NCBI GenBank assembly: GCA_020632265.1
Contig: JACKFW010000001.1
Coordinates: forward strand, 983,272-1,047,271
From: Pseudomonadales bacterium
GTDB lineage: Bacteria; Patescibacteriota; Microgenomatia; UBA1400; PJMF01
Length of the DNA stretch: 64,000 nucleotides
Reading direction: 5' to 3'
Positions within the stretch are counted from its first letter, which is position 1, and each line of letters opens with the position of its first letter. The notes under the pieces were generated by a model. That model was given only the letters and a program-made list of their open reading frames with translations. It made no database searches and was not told where the DNA came from. Of this stretch, positions 57,625 to 64,000 are shown piece by piece. Made by a program: the position numbers and the translations under genes.

Positions 57625-58587
57625 ATGGAAGACTCATTAGCATTATCTTTATCTCACGCAACTGAAGTTGGTGCCATTGAAGCTTCCAGGACTGCAGGTT
57701 TTGGCGACAAAAAGAAGGCGGACCAAAAAGCAGTTGAAGCAATGCGAACCTATTTTAATGAACTAGATTTTAATGGTCGAATTGTTATTGGTGAAGGTGA
57801 AAGAGATGAAGCCCCTATGCTTTTTATTGGTGAAAAATTGGGGACCGGTAAAGGTAAAGCAATCGATATCGCTGTTGATCCTTTGGAAAATACCAACGCG
57901 ACTGCAGTTTTTGGTCCGGGAGCAATTGCAGTTTTAGCTGCCAGCGAAAGAGGCGGATTATTTCATGCTCCAGATATGTATATGGATAAATTGATTGTGC
58001 CCGAAGAAGCAGCCGGTAAAGTTGATATTGATTGGGAACCTCAAAGGAACTTGAAGGCAATTGCTAAAGGTTTAGATCGCCATGTTTCTGATTTGGTGAT
58101 CGTGATTCTAGATCGAGAAAGAAATGAAGAGCTGATCGCAAATGTTAGAGGGGCTGGCGCTAGAGTTAAATTGATTAGTGATGGAGACTTAATTCCAGGC
58201 GTGGAAGCTTGTATGAGAGGATCTGGAGTGCATGGAGTCATGGGAATAGGTGCTGCGCCTGAAACAGTGATTACAGCCGCCGCAATGAGATGTTTAAAGG
58301 GTGAGCTTCAAGCCAGATTTTGGCCAAAAAGCGAAGAAGAAAGAAAACGACTTATGAAAATGGGTGGAAAACTTGATAAAGTATATACACAGAATGATTT
58401 AGCTAGTGGTAAGACCGCAATCTTTTGTGCTACTGGGGTCACTGAAGGTTCAATACTTAAAGGAGTGAGATTTTTTGGTTCTGGTGCAAGAACACATACT
58501 TTAATGATGTCTACTCAAAGCAAAAAAATTCGTTTTATTGATACTACTCATGTTTTTAATCATGATGATATTAAATTTAGACTTTAA
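57625..58587 (+). CDS. glpX: Fructose-1,6-bisphosphatase class II GlpX
   Basis: GFGDKKKADQKAVEAMR, IVIGEGERDEAPMLFIGEKLG, DIAVDPLENT, APDMYMDKLIV; near-colinear with E. coli GlpX. Confidence 0.9.
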   Translation: MEDSLALSLSHATEVGAIEASRTAGFGDKKKADQKAVEAMRTYFNELDFNGRIVIGEGERDEAPMLFIGEKLGTGKGKAIDIAVDPLENTNATAVFGPGAIAVLAASERGGLFHAPDMYMDKLIVPEEAAGKVDIDWEPQRNLKAIAKGLDRHVSDLVIVILDRERNEELIANVRGAGARVKLISDGDLIPGVEACMRGSGVHGVMGIGAAPETVITAAAMRCLKGELQARFWPKSEEERKRLMKMGGKLDKVYTQNDLASGKTAIFCATGVTEGSILKGVRFFGSGARTHTLMMSTQSKKIRFIDTTHVFNHDDIKFRL

Positions 58588-58651
58588 AAATAATCAAATA
58601 ATTAGCAAATAGTTATCTTTGAAATATTTTTTCGAAGATTAGAAAGGAAGC

Positions 58652-59983
58652 ATGGTTGATACAAATGAGATAGACAAATTAGTATATTCGGCAGTCTTTG
58701 GATCTGAAGAAGAAAAACAAGATTCAAGATATCAAATTTGGAAATTAGGAGTCGATAATGGCGTATTTTGTGCTTCAATCAATGATTTATATATGGCTCG
58801 TGGTAGAGGTGAATTGCCAAATGATTTTACAGTACCAGCAATGAATGTTAGAGGCATGAACTATGATTTGTCTAGAGGAATTTTTAAAGTTGCTAAGGAA
58901 AAAAACGTTGGAGCGATGATTTTCGAAATTGCGAGATCTGAAATGGGTTATACCGATCAATCCCCTTTTGAATATACGACTGTGGTAACTGCAGCAGCTT
59001 TAAGAGAAGGTTGGTCTGGTCCACTATTTATACAAGGAGATCATATTCAAGCAAAAGCTGAATCAATGGGAGTTATAAAAGAGGGTGAGATTGAAGCAAT
59101 TAAGGATTTAATTAGTCAGTGCATAGCCGGTGGTTTTTATAATATTGACATTGATATGTCAACCTTAGTTGACTTAGACAAGGAAGATGTTTTTGAGCAA
59201 CAAGAGCCAAATGTTAAATATTCTGTCGAGTTAGCTCAGTTTATTAGAGAAATTCAACCAGATGGTATTGAAATTTCCATTGGCGGAGAAATTGGACATA
59301 TTGGTGGAAGAAATAGTACCACTGAAGATTTTGTAGCTTTTATTTCAGGATTTAATGATAGATTGCCAAAGGGATTAGTGGGAATAAGTAAGATTAGTGT
59401 TGCAACTGGTACCTCTCATGGAGGTGTAGTTTTGGCCGATGGCACTTTGGCAGATATTGATGTAGATTTTTCGATTCTTTCAAATATTTCTAAAATTTGT
59501 AGGAATAATTATCAAATTGGTGGCGCAGTTCAACATGGCGCTTCTACTCTACCTGATGAATTTTTTAGCCAATTTCCAAAATCAGAAGCTATTGAAGTGC
59601 ATTTAGCAACTGGATTTCAAAATTTGCAGATGAATCATCCAAATTTTCCCAAAGATTTATTGAATAAAATGTATGCTTGGCTTGATGAAACTAAGCGAGC
59701 TGAAAGAAAAGAAGGTCAAACTGACGAGCAATTTCATTATGAGTTAAGAAAGAAAGCTTGGGGAAAATTTAAAAAAGAATGTTGGGATATTGATGAAAAG
59801 AACAAAACTGAAATTAGAAAATCTATCTCAGAGAGAGTTGAATTTTTATTTGGAGAGATAAATGTTTTTGATACTGCTGAAATGGTTAATTCAATTGTGA
59901 AACCAAATGTGGTCGACAAGGAAAAATCAGATTTTGCACCTTGGGGATCTAAAATTAAAGATGTAATTGGTTTGTCAGACTAA
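58652..59983 (+). CDS. fba: Class II fructose-bisphosphate aldolase (long FbaA type)
   Basis: TVPAMNVRG...AMIFEIARSE, FIQGDHIQ (metal His), ATGTSHGGV blocks. Confidence 0.65.
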   Translation: MVDTNEIDKLVYSAVFGSEEEKQDSRYQIWKLGVDNGVFCASINDLYMARGRGELPNDFTVPAMNVRGMNYDLSRGIFKVAKEKNVGAMIFEIARSEMGYTDQSPFEYTTVVTAAALREGWSGPLFIQGDHIQAKAESMGVIKEGEIEAIKDLISQCIAGGFYNIDIDMSTLVDLDKEDVFEQQEPNVKYSVELAQFIREIQPDGIEISIGGEIGHIGGRNSTTEDFVAFISGFNDRLPKGLVGISKISVATGTSHGGVVLADGTLADIDVDFSILSNISKICRNNYQIGGAVQHGASTLPDEFFSQFPKSEAIEVHLATGFQNLQMNHPNFPKDLLNKMYAWLDETKRAERKEGQTDEQFHYELRKKAWGKFKKECWDIDEKNKTEIRKSISERVEFLFGEINVFDTAEMVNSIVKPNVVDKEKSDFAPWGSKIKDVIGLSD

Positions 59984-60127
59984 TGTCTTTGTATTATTAT
60001 GATATAATCTGATAATATTAAATCAGCAAGCTTCAGTCGTAGCTAAAGCATGCATGTGGCACTAACAATCTAAATCTTTTAATATTTTTTTATTAATATA
60101 TTTATATAATTTACAGAGTAAATAATA

Positions 60128-60439
60128 ATGAGTAAAAAGAATCGTAAGGAATTACCATTACCTCAAATAACTAAGTCAGGAACTCCTGATACATCAATAA
60201 TTTTATTAGATTGCTTTCCCAATGGAATCAATAATATTGATCAAGCTATAGAATTTATTAATACAAATTATATTAAACTTTTGCTTATTCAATTATCACA
60301 AGAAACTAAATTTTCTGATCAAGATTTGGAGAAAATGAGAATTCTTAGAAAATGTATTCAGTGTTTGACTGAAGATCAAATAAAAACAGTTATTAGCCTT
60401 CTTAGATTGAAGGCTTATGAGTCACAAATGAATAATTAA
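60128..60439 (+). CDS. Hypothetical small protein (103 aa) in extremely AT-rich context
   Basis: ORF only. Confidence 0.3.
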   Translation: MSKKNRKELPLPQITKSGTPDTSIILLDCFPNGINNIDQAIEFINTNYIKLLLIQLSQETKFSDQDLEKMRILRKCIQCLTEDQIKTVISLLRLKAYESQMNN

Positions 60440-60589
60440 ACGTAATTATATTTATTGGTTGATAAATTTTTATTTTTATTATTTTTAATTTTATTATAAA
60501 AAATATTGATGATTTTTCTAATTTAATAAATTAATAATTTATTAGGTAGAAGAATATTTGTATATTTTCCTAGATTAAGTATTTCTTAG

Positions 60590-61462
60590 TTAAAAAGCTG
60601 TTGAAATAATACCAATGATGGTTATTATTATTCCAAGTCCTTGACTTTTTGTTAACTTTTCTTTCAAAAATATTATTGCTAGACCTACTGTTACAACAGT
60701 TAGAGATGAAGCAATTGGTGAAACAATTATCATATCTCCAAAAGCTACACCAAAGCTCATTCCAAGAATTGCTATTGCCTCTAATAGTCCAACCGCCAGG
60801 AGTACAAGTTTTAATCTATTATTTGGTTTAATAAGAGTTAGTTTTTGTTTTTTTGCAAAAGAAATAATTAGTAATGTTAATATAGCTACTAATTTAGTCA
60901 GGAAGCTTACTAAAATCCAATCTGCTCTTTCTGATACATATTCATTCAAGGGCCAAAAGAAAATTCCAAACATAATAGTTGCGAGTAGTGTTTCTTTAAC
61001 TCCTTTAACAAGTGAAACATTACCCTTTTTAAGATCATTAAAGTTAATTGAAACTAATGTAGTACCTGAGAGAATTAAAATAATTGCAGGGATTTGATAT
61101 GTCGTAAGTGATTGTCCAAATAAAAAATATGAAATGAAGATAATAAATATATTTTGAAAGTTAATTACGGCAGAAACGATTGAAACGTTTCCAATTTCAA
61201 ATGCTTTGTAGAATAGTAAATATCCAAAAGTATAAGTAATTCCTGATAAAATTATTAAAAATCCAAGCATTGGACTTAAAATTAAGTTTTTTGCGAAGAA
61301 TATTGTTGCTAATCCAATAAGTATAAGTCCTGCTAGCTGAGAAAAAAACAGAGCTTTTATATGTCCAACTTTATCTGATGCTTCATTAGCAAAAAAATCA
61401 GATGTTCCCCATCCAATCATTGCTGTAAGTCCACCAAGTAAGCTAATGAGTGTTTTATCCAT
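60590..61462 (-). CDS. EamA/DMT-superfamily transporter
   Basis: 10 TM helices, two EamA-like halves. Confidence 0.6.
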   Translation of the reverse strand: MDKTLISLLGGLTAMIGWGTSDFFANEASDKVGHIKALFFSQLAGLILIGLATIFFAKNLILSPMLGFLIILSGITYTFGYLLFYKAFEIGNVSIVSAVINFQNIFIIFISYFLFGQSLTTYQIPAIILILSGTTLVSINFNDLKKGNVSLVKGVKETLLATIMFGIFFWPLNEYVSERADWILVSFLTKLVAILTLLIISFAKKQKLTLIKPNNRLKLVLLAVGLLEAIAILGMSFGVAFGDMIIVSPIASSLTVVTVGLAIIFLKEKLTKSQGLGIIITIIGIISTAF

Positions 61463-61511
61463 GAATTAATTATATCAGAGAAGAAATTTAATTTTTTGAT
61501 AATCAAATGAG

Positions 61512-61645
61512 TTTATAAATCAATCTATTTTATCTTGTGGAGTAAGAACTCTGACACGGAACCCCCCAATTCCTCAAGTATGAAATTGGTTTTTTCTTAT
61601 TATGATTTAGATTTGCAACTATTAAGGTGGAAGAATCGGTGGGTT
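61512..61645. repeat. Repeated element copy A (about 135 bp; TATAAATCAATCTATTTTATCTTGTGG ... GGTGGAAGAATCGGTGGG)
   Basis: Shares both terminal blocks with copies B (62625-62759) and C (63336-63477). Confidence 0.6.
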
Positions 61646-61647
61646 AA

Positions 61648-62151
61648 TTAATGACTTCGCTTCATTAATACATCATACCCAACAACTTTACTATCTACTT
61701 TGAATGGTACTTTACCAATTTCTCTAAAATCATACTTTTTATAGAGTCCTGTAGCTTTATCATTTTTGGCATAGACATCCAGATAAATATCAGTGGTTGG
61801 CTTAACTCTCTCATTAGAAAGCATTGCTTCAATTAGTTTTTTGCCTATGCCCTGCCCATGATATTTAGGATTAACATAGATTTTATTTAGTTCTAGGTCT
61901 TCAGGATTAGTTTCAATATTGTCATAGCTAACAGCGCCAAATTGAATAAATCCAACAATCTTTCCTCCTAATTCAGCTACAACAATTTCTTCTGTCCTAA
62001 TTGCTTGTGAAAAATAATCTTCATTTCTTGTTTTTAATGCTTTAGTCAAGTCTTCTGGTGACATTTCATCGCCAAAAGTTTGGGTATATGTTTCTTGGGC
62101 TAATATTGCTATTTGATTTATATCGTTTTCATTAGCATTTCGTATTATCAT
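61648..62151 (-). CDS. GNAT family N-acetyltransferase
   Basis: IVGFIQF...YVNPKYHGQGIGKKLIE acetyl-CoA binding motif A. Confidence 0.75.
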   Translation of the reverse strand: MIIRNANENDINQIAILAQETYTQTFGDEMSPEDLTKALKTRNEDYFSQAIRTEEIVVAELGGKIVGFIQFGAVSYDNIETNPEDLELNKIYVNPKYHGQGIGKKLIEAMLSNERVKPTTDIYLDVYAKNDKATGLYKKYDFREIGKVPFKVDSKVVGYDVLMKRSH

Positions 62152-62189
62152 GAGATGAATTATAGCTTTTACGTTATACTTTAGCTAAT

Positions 62190-62624
62190 ATGAATATCAT
62201 TTTTAGAAAAGCACTAACAGCAGAAGACACTAGCGGTTGTAAATTAGTCGATACAAAAATGGGTTTTACTACTAATGACAAGGTATTTGCTAAATCAATT
62301 GAAGATGGAAGACTGTTTGTTGCTAAATTGGGCAATCAAATAATTGGATATATTCGTTATGGTTATCTTTGGGACAATGAAGTTGCTGTACTACAAATGA
62401 TTCGTGTTTTACCAGAAGAGCGAGGAAAAGGGGTTGGCAGAGAGTTAGTTCAATCAGTAGAAGAAGTACTTAAAAAACTTGGTGTTAGACAACTGCTAAG
62501 CTCTACTGATGAAAGCAATGACAATTCATATAAGTTTCACAAATCATTAGGTTTTAAAGAATGTGGTGAACTAGATATTAATGAAGATCAGTTGAAAGAA
62601 GTATTTTTTTCAAAAAAAATTTAG
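62190..62624 (+). CDS. GNAT family N-acetyltransferase
   Basis: IIGYIRY...RVLPEERGKGVGRELVQ motif A. Confidence 0.7.
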   Translation: MNIIFRKALTAEDTSGCKLVDTKMGFTTNDKVFAKSIEDGRLFVAKLGNQIIGYIRYGYLWDNEVAVLQMIRVLPEERGKGVGRELVQSVEEVLKKLGVRQLLSSTDESNDNSYKFHKSLGFKECGELDINEDQLKEVFFSKKI

Positions 62625-62759
62625 CTTTATATATCAATCTATTGCAACTTGTGGGACAACATCGTTAACCCCGAAGTCCCTAATAAAGAGGAGTCGCCTC
62701 TGGTATTTCATATTTCAAATATAGATAAGAAGATTAGGCGATGGAAGAATCGGTGGGAG
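62625..62759. repeat. Repeated element copy B
   Basis: TATATCAATCTATTGCAACTTGTGGGACAA ... GATGGAAGAATCGGTGGG; the 3' block forms the last codons of ORF 62734..63282. Confidence 0.6.
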
Positions 62760-63282
62760 TAATAAAATTTTTCCATTGTTCACCAAACTTTGTATCACTT
62801 ATTGTGAATGGTACTTTTCCCTCTTTGTAGTCTTTATCTAAAGCATCTAAAAGGTCTCTAAAATTTTCTTCTGTGATTTCAGGAATTTTTGTTTGTTCTA
62901 CTCTTACCATGAACTCAAGCTGTTGAGCTATTTTAGTGATTAAAGAAATGAATGTTTGTAAAAATTGAAGATCATCGTCGCTTAATTCTAGCTCTTGTAT
63001 AAAGTTATTAAGATTTTCAAGTTCATCTTTTTGCCAACCTTTTGTTTCGTGTTGCTTTTCTTTATCTTCATTTGCTTGTTCTAGAATTGCAACTTCTACT
63101 AATCGATTGAGTTTTGCCATTAAAATGTCATACTGATTTTCTTGAATTTTTGTTTTAAGGTAAATAAATCCAGAAAAGTTATCAATAAAATTGAGACAGG
63201 CTTCTCGTGCAATAGTTACACTTGGTGTGTCAGATAAGGCTTCAATAAAATCAGTTGGTTGTGGTCGATCATATTTTGACAT
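62734..63282 (-). CDS. Hypothetical acidic protein (182 aa)
   Basis: ORF only; its last 8 codons lie inside repeated element copy B. Confidence 0.4.
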   Translation of the reverse strand: MSKYDRPQPTDFIEALSDTPSVTIAREACLNFIDNFSGFIYLKTKIQENQYDILMAKLNRLVEVAILEQANEDKEKQHETKGWQKDELENLNNFIQELELSDDDLQFLQTFISLITKIAQQLEFMVRVEQTKIPEITEENFRDLLDALDKDYKEGKVPFTISDTKFGEQWKNFITPTDSSIA

Positions 63283-63335
63283 AATGATAATTATATCACT
63301 TAGTAATGAGAAAATCCTATTTTAGAAATAAAAAT

Positions 63336-63477
63336 TGATATATAAATATATTTTATCTTGTGGGACAAAGATTTTGACCCAGAAGTATTATACAACGAGA
63401 AACACCCCTTAATTCTGACAATTTCAGACATTGATAAGAGCATTAGAAGGATCGGAAATAGATGGTCCAGCCATAAT
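63336..63477. repeat. Repeated element copy C (more diverged)
   Basis: TATATAAATATATTTTATCTTGTGGGACAAAG ... AGAAGGATCGGAAATAGATGG. Confidence 0.45.
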
Positions 63478-63652
63478 GTTCTATTAAATATAACCTAAGC
63501 AGGATCTACTAGAGGTTAGCTCCCTAAAAATATTAGGTTTTATTAGGTTGCAATAATGGTTAAATGTCAGGTTTTGACAGGTTCTGAAAAATAGATTAGA
63601 CGATATATAACAATCTATCAGTTTGTATAGGTGATATCATAAAAAAGTAAAA

Positions 63653-64000
63653 ATGAATCTTAACAAGAAAGCCACCATAGTCTCTATTATTATATTCTTA
63701 TTTGTATCTATAGCTGTATCAGCTACTCTAAAACCGTTCAATTCTACCGAATCTAATGCAATAGATGATAAAGAATCTGAGATAGTCCTAAAGCCTGAAG
63801 AAACCATTCAATTATATGAAGAAGATACCTTATTTATAGAAGATGAAGTCAATGAAGATGAGATAGATGTGTTAATAGAATCTGAGCCTATTTATATTAT
63901 CGATAATTTCTCTGATGTTTATTATGGAAAGGTCCAAGCAGAAGCTGAAGAAAAGGTTTTTAGAAAGGGATGGGTTGCAATCTATGATAAAAAAAGTGAT
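63653..64000 (+). CDS. Hypothetical secreted/membrane-anchored acidic protein, 3'-partial (runs off the window)
   Basis: ATG at 63653 with N-terminal hydrophobic helix (ATIVSIIIFLFVSIAVSA); open to the window end. Not on the ORF track. Confidence 0.35.
   Translation, partial: MNLNKKATIVSIIIFLFVSIAVSATLKPFNSTESNAIDDKESEIVLKPEETIQLYEEDTLFIEDEVNEDEIDVLIESEPIYIIDNFSDVYYGKVQAEAEEKVFRKGWVAIYDKKSD

Noticed and set aside
61512-63477. Fluoride/glycine/TPP riboswitch as an explanation for the repeated elements (GCGATGGAAGAATCGGTGGG resembles a GGCGATGG core)
   Set aside because: The three copies do not conserve the riboswitch consensus positions. They lie at gene 3' ends rather than in 5' leaders, and no matching downstream conserved halves were seen.

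Overview
The window is low-GC, gene-dense bacterial chromosome. Its overall character (an unlinked 16S gene, FemAB/UppP wall genes, archaeal-type PGI/PMI, many short proteins) is compatible with a small-genome Patescibacteria/CPR-like organism. That placement is inference only.

Genes I can support:
- Housekeeping, left third: miaA (5' partial), an AI-2E family transporter, RNase P RNA (not on the ORF track), uppP, comM/yifB, gap, pyrH, a FemAB-family transferase, uvrD/pcrA, tpiA, lon, tRNA-Ile(GAT), plsC.
- rRNA: a complete 16S gene on the minus strand with no 23S or 5S nearby.
- Centre: mnmA and truB, then a conserved three-gene cassette (DUF1704 'QEGLA' HExxH protein, RimK-like ATP-grasp ligase, 7TM protein) and a DUF360 holin-like gene.
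- Repair block: uvrC, a secreted transglutaminase-like protein, uvrA and uvrB, with lexA further right.
- Metabolism: a CofE-like protein, a PduO-type adenosyltransferase, gpmI carrying a repetitive N-terminal extension, eno, and a sugar-nucleotide/hexose-phosphate operon (PGI/PMI, Cof-type HAD, GlmU-like nucleotidyltransferase, IMPase-like, PGM/PMM).
- Right third: a holA-like gene, a DUF45 metallopeptidase, tRNA-Leu(TAG) abutted by a tyrosine recombinase and a short island of atypical composition, a lysozyme-like/GH-A/coiled-coil trio, an RHH-nucleotidyltransferase fusion next to glpX and a class II fba, an EamA transporter, two GNATs and hypotheticals.

Most notable observations:
1. A NikR-like ribbon-helix-helix domain fused to a sugar-1-phosphate nucleotidyltransferase. 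An exact 16-mer (GTATGAAAAAGTATGA) sits at its own start and also upstream of the pgm-headed sugar-nucleotide operon.
2. The ATP-grasp/DUF1704/7TM cassette, a candidate ligase-peptidase pair, with a tandem repeat in its promoter.
3. A tRNA-Leu/integrase island carrying an NT5C-like HAD gene with an unusual D-x-E motif, flanked by repeats.
4. A family of about 135-bp repeated elements (3 copies within 2 kb) at gene 3' ends near the GNAT genes.
5. An unlinked 16S gene with three protein genes between it and tRNA-Ile.
6. At least five short tandem-repeat arrays (19-25 bp, 2-3 copies each) in intergenic or promoter regions.
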